Shown here: one piece after another, positions 25,605 to 35,141 of the stretch | Position numbering within the stretch: the first letter of the stretch is position 1 | How the letters are laid out: each line of letters starts with the position of its first letter | Made by a program: the position numbers and the translations under genes | Source: a virus | Reading direction: 5' to 3' (one strand) | DNA: 64,000 bases | IMG/VR virus record: IMGVR_UViG_3300009182_000002 | Location: 33,730-97,729 of that record | Notes under the pieces: generated by a model | The model's database searches: none | Told to the model about the DNA's origin: nothing | What the model saw: only the letters and a program-made list of their open reading frames with translations

Positions 25605-26437
25605 GACTCCTCCTCAAACGCGAGGCACTTCTTGCAACCACCCTTGTCGGGGCTGACGTTGCACTCCGGAGCGTCTGTCATCGCGAGGATGCGAGCGCAC
25701 GTCTGGAGGATGTCTTCCAAGTAGTCCGGCGAATACTTGACACTGAACTCCTTCGCGTCTTGGTTTGCCTTCCACTCGTAGAGGAAGACGCACTCGTTAG
25801 GAGCCGGTCGGGAAAGCAGACCGTCAGCATCCATAACGTGCAGGAGGTGGAGGTACATCTGACCTTGAAGGAAGTGGGTCCTGAACGGATTGCGGATCTG
25901 GTCCCACGCTTTGTCAGCGTCGTTGTTCGTCTTGGCAAGGAGATGCGGAGCCTCGTGGCGCAACGTCCCCGAACCGACGCTCTTGATCTCGATGATGAAA
26001 TCGTCACCAATTCCGACAACCCATCCATCGCAATGGCCACGAATGCGGAGGCTGTTGTCCCGCAGCGGTACCTCTAGATACTTGCCCCCGAGGGATAACC
26101 CCCAGTAGTCGGTCTTCTCTTCGCCCTTCCACAGCCCATACAAGACGCCCATCTCCTCAAGACGGGACTGCCACTTGGCGTGGATGTAGTGGCCCTCATC
26201 GAAGATGTTGTTGGTGCGGAGGTTGTGGCGCTCAGGGAGAGGCTTCTCCCCCGCCACGACCGCGAGCCACGATGCGCGGTGGCACCAGTCGTCGCGCACC
26301 ATCTCGCTGGGGTGGAAGACGTCCGTGCGTCTGGACGTGTCCGGTGGCCGCGTCAACATGTGCTTCTCGATTGGACCTAGGAGACGGGTCTCCCGCTTGC
26401 TCGCCTCAAGGTAGGCCTTGAGTGCAGATTTTGCCAT
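25601..26437 (-). CDS. Cas4/RecB-like PD-(D/E)XK exonuclease
   Basis: C.R, G..IH, GHCDG, EIKS, Q..MY, three C-terminal Cys. Confidence 0.85.
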   Translation of the reverse strand: MAKSALKAYLEASKRETRLLGPIEKHMLTRPPDTSRRTDVFHPSEMVRDDWCHRASWLAVVAGEKPLPERHNLRTNNIFDEGHYIHAKWQSRLEEMGVLYGLWKGEEKTDYWGLSLGGKYLEVPLRDNSLRIRGHCDGWVVGIGDDFIIEIKSVGSGTLRHEAPHLLAKTNNDADKAWDQIRNPFRTHFLQGQMYLHLLHVMDADGLLSRPAPNECVFLYEWKANQDAKEFSVKYSPDYLEDILQTCARILAMTDAPECNVSPDKGGCKKCLAFEEES

Positions 26438-26467
26438 GTGCCCTCCACATGCTCTCAGGGTGCCAGT

Positions 26468-26674
26468 CTAGCCGTCATAGTCCGGATGATCAACAGGACA
26501 CGGGACTGTGACGGGAGACCCGCACGAATAACACTCTCCATTCAACGCCCACCACGAGACGTCGTATTCCTCAAATGCGACCGCTATGAGGAAGACGTTG
26601 TAGCCGCAGTTGAGGCACTCATGGGTGGGGATGCCAGTGGCGTCGATCCCGAGTCCTGCTTCTAGAGGTTCCAC
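26468..26674 (-). CDS. Zn-ribbon protein
   Basis: CLNCG...CYSCG. Confidence 0.7.
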   Translation of the reverse strand: MEPLEAGLGIDATGIPTHECLNCGYNVFLIAVAFEEYDVSWWALNGECYSCGSPVTVPCPVDHPDYDG

Positions 26675-26973
26675 ACGTACTCCTCAAGATCAGAGTCATC
26701 ATCGAGGCGTTGCCAACGGCGAACCAAGGCATTCCGCTCACGATGAGACATTCCGCCTCGGATACCGTGCAACTCGTCGGTCTCAATGGCGTCTAGCAAG
26801 CACTCGCGCCTAACAACGCACTCGTCCTCACCATCCCGACCCCAGCAGACCGCTTTCGCTGAATCAGCAATCGGTTTGTACAAAGACTTGTCACGAGGTG
26901 GAAAGAAGATCTCGGTGTCCATGCCACGACACTTCGCCTCGTAACGCCATGAATAATCAGGTTTCTGGCTCAC
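26662..26973 (-). CDS. whiB: WhiB-family transcription factor (second copy)
   Basis: W...A.C.G.D..IFFP, AK.VC, C...C, GIRGG. Confidence 0.9.
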   Translation of the reverse strand: MSQKPDYSWRYEAKCRGMDTEIFFPPRDKSLYKPIADSAKAVCWGRDGEDECVVRRECLLDAIETDELHGIRGGMSHRERNALVRRWQRLDDDSDLEEYVWNL

Positions 26974-27292
26974 TGTTCTCCTGCACCAATCGGCGGCGCA
27001 GGTCTAAGAAGTCCTCCTCGTCAAGCACAACATAGTTATGCCCGTTGAGATGGATACCGAGAACAGGAATACGACCATCGAGGAGAGCCTCGGTCATAAT
27101 CTTCTCCAGTACCTGAGCCGAAAGGGAAAATGACTTCTTGCCCGTCCACTTATGCTCAATGAGCAAGTCCGTGGTACGGACATCTCCCTTACGGCTCCAG
27201 AAGGCACCGGAGGCGGCGGTTCTTGAACCACCTAGGACCTTCGCGAGTCTCTTTTCATGTCGCCCAGACTCACGCTGGCCTTCACTCTTCAT
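26957..27292 (-). CDS. Hjc-like Holliday junction resolvase/endonuclease
   Basis: E, SGA, GD, IEHK (PD-(D/E)XK). Confidence 0.8.
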   Translation of the reverse strand: MKSEGQRESGRHEKRLAKVLGGSRTAASGAFWSRKGDVRTTDLLIEHKWTGKKSFSLSAQVLEKIMTEALLDGRIPVLGIHLNGHNYVVLDEEDFLDLRRRLVQENSEPET

Positions 27293-28334
27293 TGCTGTCG
27301 GGTGAAACCAGAGCGACCTTGTGCTTCAGAGTGCCAAGGACGCCGGACTCCAGATCTTCGCGAAGATCGAGTTCTTCTCGAATAGAGTTTAGCAGATTCT
27401 CTGCACCTTGCCACTTACGGTCCCCGTAAAAGAACCAGCCACCACGACGTTCAACAATTCCGTTAAGAATGCTGATAGCAACAATCTCTTTGCCGAAATC
27501 GTAATCTCCGGGAGGAACCGCTCCGCCGTTCTCGAAGTAGAAATCGAAGTAGGCGGTCTGCTGTGGAGGAGCGGTCTTGTTCTTGATGGTGCGTACCCGG
27601 ATCGTCTGCCCGATTCGTTGCTTGTTGCCAGACGAGCCGATCTCAATCCACTCGTCTCGCTTGACCTCACAGCGAACTGCCATTGCGTAGTCCTTGCCAA
27701 GACCACCGGGGGTGGTGCGAGGGTCTCCGTGCATAACGCCAATCTTCATGCGGAACTGGTTGATGACAATTCCGGTGACGCCGCGCTCTTCTTCAGTAAG
27801 AGAACGCTTGGTCGCCTTGCCGACTTTCCTGAAGAACTTGTTAGTGAGAAGGGCTCCACGACCAACTGTCGATTCCTCCATCAATTTTTGGTCCTCTGTG
27901 CTTGGGACAAGGGCCGGTAGGGAATCAAGGATGACGAGGTCCACGGCCTTGCTCTCACAGAACTGGATGACGGCTTCGTAGGCGTCCTCCATAATGTTGG
28001 TCTCCACGACCAACACGCGAGACGTGTCTACCCCACACAGTTCGGCGTACTGAGGGCTCCATGGCTCGGCAGCAACCCAGACAGTAATGAACTCTGGATT
28101 GGCCTGCTGGTTGGCCGCAATGGTCTTCAGCGCAATAGCGGTCTTTCCATGCGAAGCCTCACCAACGACCTCGGTCCACTGGCCGACAGGCCAACCTCCT
28201 CCAAGGACGACGTCCAACGACAGCGACCCGGTGGTAATGCGCTTCGGTAGCAACACATCACTACCAAGCACCACAGTCCCGTCACCCATCTTCTTGTTAA
28301 GAAGAGCGGCAACCTTCATCACGTCCGTGTTCAT
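27282..28334 (-). CDS. recA: RecA/UvsX recombinase
   Basis: TG...LD..LGGG.P, GEASHGKT, VILDS, INQ.R.KIG...GDP.TTPGG, KNK..PP. Confidence 0.95.
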   Translation of the reverse strand: MNTDVMKVAALLNKKMGDGTVVLGSDVLLPKRITTGSLSLDVVLGGGWPVGQWTEVVGEASHGKTAIALKTIAANQQANPEFITVWVAAEPWSPQYAELCGVDTSRVLVVETNIMEDAYEAVIQFCESKAVDLVILDSLPALVPSTEDQKLMEESTVGRGALLTNKFFRKVGKATKRSLTEEERGVTGIVINQFRMKIGVMHGDPRTTPGGLGKDYAMAVRCEVKRDEWIEIGSSGNKQRIGQTIRVRTIKNKTAPPQQTAYFDFYFENGGAVPPGDYDFGKEIVAISILNGIVERRGGWFFYGDRKWQGAENLLNSIREELDLREDLESGVLGTLKHKVALVSPDSNEE

Positions 28335-28726
28335 TCGATTCTCCCGACGATGTTGCTTGGGTTGTAGCCTGCTCCCTGAATCTGCTTAGCGGGAGTGACT
28401 GCACCACCTGAGTTGCTAGATGGCATGGTTGGACCGGAACCGGACTGCATGACTGGATACCCGCAGTCATAGCATCGCTGGTATGAGGACCCGGGGGCTG
28501 AGAAGTAGTTGCCGCTCATGCACTCGGGGCACTGCGACGTCTGGCGTACGCTCTGTGCCTTCGTTGTAGTGAGAGTGTCCTGCTCAGCGTCGTACTCAAC
28601 AGGCATGCCGTGCGCCTGCTGGGGCGTTACCTGTAACGGCTGACGAGGAGGACTGGACACCGGAGGTGTCGAGGGGCGAGGGCCGGGGTTGCCCAACTTA
28701 TTGGCCCACCAGTTGCTGTTGCTCAT
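28331..28726 (-). CDS. Zn-ribbon hypothetical protein
   Basis: CPEC...CYDCG. Confidence 0.7.
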   Translation of the reverse strand: MSNSNWWANKLGNPGPRPSTPPVSSPPRQPLQVTPQQAHGMPVEYDAEQDTLTTTKAQSVRQTSQCPECMSGNYFSAPGSSYQRCYDCGYPVMQSGSGPTMPSSNSGGAVTPAKQIQGAGYNPSNIVGRIE

Positions 28727-29139
28727 TAGTCACCTGCCATGTGGATGATGTCTAGATCAAGAAGGTTGCTAAGGACCGCGAGAGCAGCGCTGAAGGCGAC
28801 CGCTGAATACGCATCTTGCATTGCACTCATCACGCTTTCGGGGTATTCGGTTTCGGAGTAGGCATTCTGGAACTCGACCGATGCCCTAGCAATAACCTGA
28901 CTCTGAACCGAAACGATGGGCACGAAGATGGAGACTCGGTCCAAGCGAGCGATGCTTGCCTCCCGCTCCATCTGGGCGACTTCGTCGCTGATAGGCGGGA
29001 ATTCCAGCAACTCCGCGACTTCCTCGGGGTCTCCGATCATGGAGTCGTAGAGGGTCTTCCTCGCCAAGGTCCCGATGGGAACCTCAAAGACAACGAGGCT
29101 CGGGTCCTCGTCCTGTCTCTTCTTCCACGGCCATTTCAT
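28726..29139 (-). CDS. Hypothetical protein
   Basis: ATGA overlap with the polA stop. Confidence 0.65.
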   Translation of the reverse strand: MKWPWKKRQDEDPSLVVFEVPIGTLARKTLYDSMIGDPEEVAELLEFPPISDEVAQMEREASIARLDRVSIFVPIVSVQSQVIARASVEFQNAYSETEYPESVMSAMQDAYSAVAFSAALAVLSNLLDLDIIHMAGD

Positions 29140-31073
29140 TTGGCCTCTCCCCACTTGTTCACGACCTTCACGTCGGCAAGCAGGGGGACGTCTAGCAGAT
29201 TGATCCCCTCCATAGCCTCTCGGATGATCTCGGCGGTTTCTTGCGCGATGCTGGTTGGAGTAACCGTCACCAACTCGTCGTGGACGGTGAGGATCAGGCT
29301 GCTGTCGTCTGAGATCATCCTGTGGGCGCGAACCATTGCGACCTTGATGATGTCTGCGGCAGAACCTTGGATCTTCGTGTTAAACGCCTGCCTCTCAGCC
29401 TGCGCTCGGAAACCGACCTCCTCGCTCCGCAGATTCGGAAGGTACCTGCGACGACCGAACATGGTCGTGACATACGGAACCGGACTTCGACGGCGGGACT
29501 CGTTGACAACCTCCGCCTTGTACTTCGCCACTGATCGAAACTTCGCGCTGAAGTCTCCAAGCAACTTCTTGGCCTCAGCGGCAGAGCAACCAATCTGGCT
29601 AGCGATCTTCTCCGGACCAACCCCGTAGGCCATGGACAGGACGAGCACCTTTCCGGCTTTGCGGTCCACACCCATGACGTCGCCCACCGTCGTGTAGATG
29701 TCGTCGCCGTCAAGGTAGTTGCGGACCATCGTCTTGTCGCCCGACAGGCTGGCAATCACTCGCGGCTCGATCTGGCTGTAGTCGGCCACGACGAGTTGGT
29801 AGCCCTCTGGTGCTGCGAACAGATTTCGGATGGCGCGACCACGGTCGGTGCTGGGTGACGGAACGTTCTGCATGTTGGGTCGCCGAGATGAGAACCTTCC
29901 GGTCTCTGCACCGCACTGGTCAAAATCGGTGTGGATCTTGCCGTCGGTGAGCAAGGCCTCCTTGGCAACGACCTTCGACTTGCCGTTGACCGTCCTAGTA
30001 ACGTTCCCGCCTTGGTAAGGAATCACGTAGGTCGAGAGCAACTTGTTGAGATCCGCATACTCCAAGAGACCATCGACCACGGCGTGCCTGCCGCGCAGTG
30101 CCTCCAGCGCGTCAGCAGCCACAGAAGGCTGGCCTCCCGGCGTCGTCTTACGCGCCTTCAGACCCAGCCCACCATCTTTCTTGGAGGAGAACAGCAGGGC
30201 CTGCTTCTCACCGTTGGAGTTGATGTTGAAAGCGCGCCCTGCGGCCTTGTAGATCTTGGCCTTGGTGCTCTCCAAATCAACCTCAAGAACGTCTTTGAGC
30301 GCCTGAAGCGCGTCCGTGTCGATGACCGCACCCGTCAACTCCATGGCGCAGAGGACCTCCATGACGTCCATCTCAAGCCGGAAGACCCGCGTGAGTTGAG
30401 CGGCGTGGATGTTGACTTCCAACCTCTTCCACAACTTGTAGGTCCAGTGAACGTCCAGCCATGCGTACGATGCCACGGTGTTGAAGTCATAGGCCTCTAC
30501 TTCCTTGCCAACGCCCTTCTCCATCTCGTAGCCGAACTCGCGCTTCAAGCAAGCAGCGAGGCCAAGAGCGTGACGGTTCCTGTTGTCAGTTAGAAAGGAC
30601 GCGACGTACGTGCATGCGTACGACGGGTGCGGAGTCTCGCCGTAGTACTTGGACACGCTCTCCAAGTCGAACTTCAGGTTGTGCCCGATCTTCGTCTTGT
30701 CCGAAAAGAACAACGGCCTGAGCGTGCTGAACACCTCTGCGGGGGTCAACTGCTCAGGCGGATCGGTGAACACTGACGTCCACGTCTTCTTGTCTCGGCT
30801 GTAGTCGGCCTCGCGGAGGGTTAGCCCCTTCTCCTTGCGCTTCTCTCCGCTGCCGGTCAAGGGCTTGATGTGCTCCACGAAATCACCGTTGGGGTGACCC
30901 ATCGGTATGACGTCAGTGCGCCCATCAGTTGCTAGGGCGATCCATACGACGTCGTTCCTCCATGGGTCTCCGCGATGCGCTCCCCATGTTTCAACGTCGA
31001 AAGCAAACTGTGGCTTCTTCATGTAGGCGTGGAGAAGTTCATCCAACGCCGCTTGAGTCGTGATGATGTTCAT
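29136..31073 (-). CDS. polA: Family A DNA polymerase (3'-5' exonuclease + polymerase, no 5' nuclease)
   Basis: FDVET, HNLKFD, TGRFSS..PN.QN, ADYSQIE, K...L..AYG, QGSAAD, VHDE. Confidence 0.95.
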   Translation of the reverse strand: MNIITTQAALDELLHAYMKKPQFAFDVETWGAHRGDPWRNDVVWIALATDGRTDVIPMGHPNGDFVEHIKPLTGSGEKRKEKGLTLREADYSRDKKTWTSVFTDPPEQLTPAEVFSTLRPLFFSDKTKIGHNLKFDLESVSKYYGETPHPSYACTYVASFLTDNRNRHALGLAACLKREFGYEMEKGVGKEVEAYDFNTVASYAWLDVHWTYKLWKRLEVNIHAAQLTRVFRLEMDVMEVLCAMELTGAVIDTDALQALKDVLEVDLESTKAKIYKAAGRAFNINSNGEKQALLFSSKKDGGLGLKARKTTPGGQPSVAADALEALRGRHAVVDGLLEYADLNKLLSTYVIPYQGGNVTRTVNGKSKVVAKEALLTDGKIHTDFDQCGAETGRFSSRRPNMQNVPSPSTDRGRAIRNLFAAPEGYQLVVADYSQIEPRVIASLSGDKTMVRNYLDGDDIYTTVGDVMGVDRKAGKVLVLSMAYGVGPEKIASQIGCSAAEAKKLLGDFSAKFRSVAKYKAEVVNESRRRSPVPYVTTMFGRRRYLPNLRSEEVGFRAQAERQAFNTKIQGSAADIIKVAMVRAHRMISDDSSLILTVHDELVTVTPTSIAQETAEIIREAMEGINLLDVPLLADVKVVNKWGEAK

Positions 31074-31076
31074 GGT

Positions 31077-31141
31077 CCTCCAAAGAAAGAGCGGGGGGGC
31101 CGGAGCCAAGGAGGGGGGTCAGGGCTCGACAGCCCCCCCGC
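31077..31141 (-). promoter_or_regulatory. Long hairpin with a C-rich anti-SD loop and U-tract directly upstream of the polA SD
   Basis: GCGGGGGGGC..GAGCC-CTGACCCCCCTCCTT-GGCTC..GCCCCCCCGC-TCTTTCTTT-GGAGG-ACC-ATG. Confidence 0.7.
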
Positions 31142-31153
31142 GTCAGTGGGCGA

Positions 31154-31870
31154 TCAGCAGTAGTTCGCTGCTTCTCGCAGTTCCTCGGAGGTGGAGTACC
31201 GAAGGATGTCCATTCCCGGGTCCTTGATGGACTTCAACTCGCTGACGACTGACTCAGGATCGAGATCCCAGTCCTCAGCAATATCGCGCTCCTTCACCGG
31301 GCGGACGACGGTGCGGGACTGCTTGCCCTCACCGGTCTTGCTCAACTCCCAGTAACCGGAGTCGATGGGGCCGCTACGACCCTCGTGCTGCTCCTTGATG
31401 GCCGCAGCAGCGGTGGGCGTAGCGATGTAGACCTGAGCCATCAGGTCGTCAGGGTCGGTCAGGTCAACGATCCGGAATCCGTACTTGGAACTCGGCACGT
31501 TGCCACGAGCGCAGAGCGGGCAGCCCTTCTCCTCGCCAATGCAGATGAACGACCGGCGACCCTTCGCCGCGTCCACCCAGTGCTGGTCGAATACCAGCGG
31601 GTTTGAAGACAGGAACTTGACGAGGTGGGCAGACTGCATGAACCGAAACTCGCTGTGCTTCTTGGTGGACTGCTGGTTCTGGCTGGACTTCATCGCCTTT
31701 GATGCAGCGGCCCAACCCTCCTGCACGAACGACGATGCGTCCGCGAACTCGTTCTCGTTCTCGTTCTCGTACTGGTCACGCTCGGGTCGCGGTGCGCGAC
31801 TGGCGGGCTTCTCGTCGTCCGAGAGGTACTCGTCAACGGTTGGGGCAGATGAACTTCTCTTGATGGCCAT
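31154..31870 (-). CDS. ssDNA-binding protein, T4 gp32-like
   Basis: FL...P..F.QHWV...C...CPLC; K.G.G..T; position upstream of polA. Confidence 0.7.
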   Translation of the reverse strand: MAIKRSSSAPTVDEYLSDDEKPASRAPRPERDQYENENENEFADASSFVQEGWAAASKAMKSSQNQQSTKKHSEFRFMQSAHLVKFLSSNPLVFDQHWVDAAKGRRSFICIGEEKGCPLCARGNVPSSKYGFRIVDLTDPDDLMAQVYIATPTAAAAIKEQHEGRSGPIDSGYWELSKTGEGKQSRTVVRPVKERDIAEDWDLDPESVVSELKSIKDPGMDILRYSTSEELREAANYC

Positions 31871-31889
31871 GGTGTTTTGTCCTAAGTGG

Positions 31890-32372
31890 CTAGATGGTTT
31901 GATTGGCAATGGCTTGCTGGATTTGGTTCCAAGACTCGGATAGTTCAACTCCGATGTCCGTGTGCCGGGACCACTCAACGCGCGGGGCGTCAAGAAGGCC
32001 ACGACGAGCGAATGAATCGACGGCTGCCTCGATCATTTCCTTTGTGTACAGCCGACGACCCCTGCGCTCTACGCCGTCCCGCCCAGTGACCGACTTCATT
32101 CGGTACGGAGCGTTCGGGATGTAGCCGCGAGTAGTCCAGAGACGAACGGACTTCTCGCTTTTGTTCAACGCTCTTGCGAGCGCCCCGATGGTGTACATCG
32201 GTCGGTCCTGACCGTGGATGTGCTTGATCACGGACAGGTCCTCCCAAGACCCAACGGGAGTCTGATTGGTAGTGACAGCGATGATGGCCTCGCGGCGCTT
32301 GCGCTTGCTCCCCGGGTAGAACTGCTCAAGCCCGGAGAACATGTCGTCAATGGCATCGGTCATGCTGGTCAC
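31890..32372 (-). CDS. MerR-like HTH DNA-binding protein
   Basis: YTIGALA.AL.KS..SVR.W...G.IP...RRLYT. Confidence 0.75.
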   Translation of the reverse strand: MTSMTDAIDDMFSGLEQFYPGSKRKRREAIIAVTTNQTPVGSWEDLSVIKHIHGQDRPMYTIGALARALNKSEKSVRLWTTRGYIPNAPYRMKSVTGRDGVERRGRRLYTKEMIEAAVDSFARRGLLDAPRVEWSRHTDIGVELSESWNQIQQAIANQTI

Positions 32373-32776
32373 TTCTTGCTAGGCACGAATGCCCATGTCA
32401 CCTTGCTAGGGAACATCACGTCGATGTCCTCGTCAGTTAGCCGACCCTCGTAGAGCATCGCCATGATGGCGTCCTCGTCTAGGACCTGAATGGTCTTGTA
32501 GCAGAGGTCGGTCAACTGCCTCTCGGCGAGGATCTTCTCTGCGACCTGCTCGTCCAGTGACTTGCTGATGCGCTTCTGACGCTGGAGCGAGTAGTACCCG
32601 CCGATCTCCTCGCTCAGTTCAAGCCAGACGTGGCCGCGATCATCTACCTGACCCAACGCCTCAACGGCTTGATTCAGTTCGGCCTTGATCTGGTTGGCCC
32701 GAGCGGTGGTGTCATCCGCGAGAGTCTTGATGTTCAGGTACTCCCGGAACATCTTGTCAATCTGCTGGTCTGTCAT
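32369..32776 (-). CDS. Hypothetical protein (N-terminal coiled coil)
   Basis: SD AAGGAGG; GTGA overlap. Confidence 0.7.
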   Translation of the reverse strand: MTDQQIDKMFREYLNIKTLADDTTARANQIKAELNQAVEALGQVDDRGHVWLELSEEIGGYYSLQRQKRISKSLDEQVAEKILAERQLTDLCYKTIQVLDEDAIMAMLYEGRLTDEDIDVMFPSKVTWAFVPSKK

Positions 32777-32828
32777 CTTCCCTCCTTAGTACTCGCGAGC
32801 GTACTGGAGGTGTCAGACAAACCGCAAG

Positions 32829-32975
32829 TCAACTCGCCGAGATGTATTTCTTCAAAGCCTCGATCACTACGTCTGTGAGCGTGCGACCCTCTACAGCCGC
32901 CTTCTCCTTGGCAGCGCCCCAGATCTCGTCGCTGACGCGCACCGTACGGGTGGGGGTTTTGGGAGCGTTGGGCAC
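32829..32975 (-). CDS. 48-aa ribbon-helix-helix DNA-binding protein
   Basis: Translated by hand: MPNAPKTPTRTVRVSDEIWGAAKEKAAVEGRTLTDVVIEALKKYISAS. Confidence 0.8.
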   Translation of the reverse strand: MPNAPKTPTRTVRVSDEIWGAAKEKAAVEGRTLTDVVIEALKKYISAS

Positions 32976-33016
32976 GGGAGTCCGATCTCGTGTAGTGCCC
33001 TCGCCTTAATAGAAGT

Positions 33017-34597
33017 CTAGACAACGTTGCCTGCCAAGAATGTCCGAAGCGATCCGACGTTCATCTCGATCCCGCCCCGGTCGTTGATGCCGGAACCATC
33101 GATAACCGCGTTGGCCACGCTGTTCTTCTGTTGGAGCATCTCGAATTGACGTTCCTCAATCGAGCCTCTGATCAACAGGTCCTGAATCACGACGTGGTCC
33201 CACTCGCTACTTGCTCTCTGGATGCGGCCATTTCGCTGAACAGCGGTTCCTGAAGACCAAGGCAAATCGTAATTAATTAGCAAGTTTGCTTGGGGGAGAT
33301 CCACCCCGTAGCCGCCAGCATCGCTACTCACGAGTAACTTGTTGCTAGGCGTTGTTTGGAACTGGACCTTGCTGGCCTCCTTTTGCTTCGCGGTCATCTG
33401 CCCCGAGTATTTGATCGGCCCGTATTTGGCCAACCGTTCCGAGATGTAGCCGAGGTTCGGGACGAATACCGAGAAGATCACGGCCTTGGCGTTGGGATCG
33501 GAATCGAGGAAGTCTCCAACGTAGGACACCAAAGCGTCCAGTTTCGGAGTCTTGACTACGCCGTCCAGAAACCCATCCTCCCTGAGGCCGAAGATGTACT
33601 GGCTACCGTTGCCTGACAGCGTGGCGAACTCGCTCGCGCTCTTGTGCAGCAGCCCGGGGTGGTCGCACAGCATCCTCAGCGCGGTCAATTTGGACATAAG
33701 CCTGCCGCGAAGTTCATCGGCTGGGCCTCCCTGATCCGATTGAAACCCGTAGTGACTGAGCAGGCTGAAGCCGCCACCGAACATGGATTGAACCTCGTCC
33801 AAGTCCTGAAGTAGTTCAGAGGTGATGTGTTCATAGAGACGAGCGCCAGCGCCGTCCATACGGACTCTGAGAGGGGCGAGGTGCCGTGTCTCTGGGAGGT
33901 GCGGCCTGACGTCGGGATCGTTCTGGCTTTTACGCACGCTGGCGGTCTGCATCACTTTGTGCAGCACATCAAGGTTCCGGTAGCGCTCTGGAGACCCCCA
34001 GTCGTTCCTGACAATGAAGGTCTTGTCGAATAGATCGAACCTGCCGAGCACCGTGTCGTCAACGAATTGCATGATTGAGAAGAGTTCCTCGGGCTTGCCG
34101 TTCTCAATCGGTGTACCCGTGAGTGCGAACTTGACCGGAGAGTCCAATTTCTTCACGAACTTGGATCGCTTGGAGGAGAAACTCTTTATCGCGGTTGCCT
34201 CATCGAGGACGAGGAAGCCCCTTGGCAACTTGCTAACGAACTTCCAGTCGTTAACAACTTGCTCATAGTTGAGGATCACGTAGTCAATCCCCTCGTTGTC
34301 CCAGTCGTACGCGCGTAGGTACTGCGCCTCGCGCTGGGCCTTAGTGCCATCGATGACCAAGGGGGTGGAATCGCTGAACCGCTCGATGCTCTCGGCCCAC
34401 TGATACTTCAGCGACGACAGAGCGATGACCATGCCGGGCTCCTTGATCGCACCTTCGTCCATCAATCGCTCAATGGCGGCAATGGTGAGCACCGTCTTAC
34501 CGAGCCCAAGGTCGTAGGCCACCAGCATCGATCCTCGTTCGCACATGGCGTCAACTGCCTCTGGTTGGTACGGCAGCAACGTTCCAGTAAAAGTCAC
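33017..34597 (-). CDS. SNF2/SF2 helicase
   Basis: L.PYQ, GLGKT, LDEA, LTGTP, G.G.DL, Q..GR..R. Confidence 0.92.
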   Translation of the reverse strand: MTFTGTLLPYQPEAVDAMCERGSMLVAYDLGLGKTVLTIAAIERLMDEGAIKEPGMVIALSSLKYQWAESIERFSDSTPLVIDGTKAQREAQYLRAYDWDNEGIDYVILNYEQVVNDWKFVSKLPRGFLVLDEATAIKSFSSKRSKFVKKLDSPVKFALTGTPIENGKPEELFSIMQFVDDTVLGRFDLFDKTFIVRNDWGSPERYRNLDVLHKVMQTASVRKSQNDPDVRPHLPETRHLAPLRVRMDGAGARLYEHITSELLQDLDEVQSMFGGGFSLLSHYGFQSDQGGPADELRGRLMSKLTALRMLCDHPGLLHKSASEFATLSGNGSQYIFGLREDGFLDGVVKTPKLDALVSYVGDFLDSDPNAKAVIFSVFVPNLGYISERLAKYGPIKYSGQMTAKQKEASKVQFQTTPSNKLLVSSDAGGYGVDLPQANLLINYDLPWSSGTAVQRNGRIQRASSEWDHVVIQDLLIRGSIEERQFEMLQQKNSVANAVIDGSGINDRGGIEMNVGSLRTFLAGNVV

Positions 34598-34833
34598 GGG
34601 CTGTCCCCGTGGATCTCGCGTACGATCACGTCGTGCCAGCAGGGCTCAACCCCGAGGTACTTGGTGTGGGCACAGTCTTTGTACACCGCACGTACTACAC
34701 GTTCCCGCTCGTCGGCGCGGACCTTGGCGATGAGGGTGCTGCACTGGCAGAGGCAGATACCAAAGTCGATGAAGCAGGAGCAGTGTTCGCTATGGTCGCA
34801 ATCCTGCGCTGGGCACAGCGGGTCGTGAGTCAT
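34594..34833 (-). CDS. HDPLC-motif Cys-rich protein
   Basis: MTHDPLC...C.C..IAKVRADER. Confidence 0.7.
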   Translation of the reverse strand: MTHDPLCPAQDCDHSEHCSCFIDFGICLCQCSTLIAKVRADERERVVRAVYKDCAHTKYLGVEPCWHDVIVREIHGDSP

Positions 34834-35141
34834 TTTTTTTCCTCTTGATTAGGGTTGGCTCCCCAGCCGCCTCCCGCCGCAAGCAGCGCAGGCCATGACA
34901 GTCGCAGTACGTTCAACTGAGCCTCAACGTGGTTCGAGCCTACCATTAGCCACAGAAACGGTTCAGAGTTACAGATCGCACGCGGAATAGCGTTGAGTGG
35001 TTTCTCCCTCTCATCAGCGCGAACATGGGCGATCATGGTGCATTCGGCGCAGTCCTGTATGGCGAGCCATTCGTCTTCGCGGTAATAGCACAGGGGGTCG
35101 TGGGCTGGATCGTGGGTTGCAAAACTACTCACCCACACCAC
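34830..35141 (-). CDS. HDPLC-motif protein (tandem paralogue)
   Basis: HDPLC...C..C..IAHVRADER; SD GAGGAGG. Confidence 0.6.
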   Translation of the reverse strand: MVWVSSFATHDPAHDPLCYYREDEWLAIQDCAECTMIAHVRADEREKPLNAIPRAICNSEPFLWLMVGSNHVEAQLNVLRLSWPALLAAGGGWGANPNQEEKK

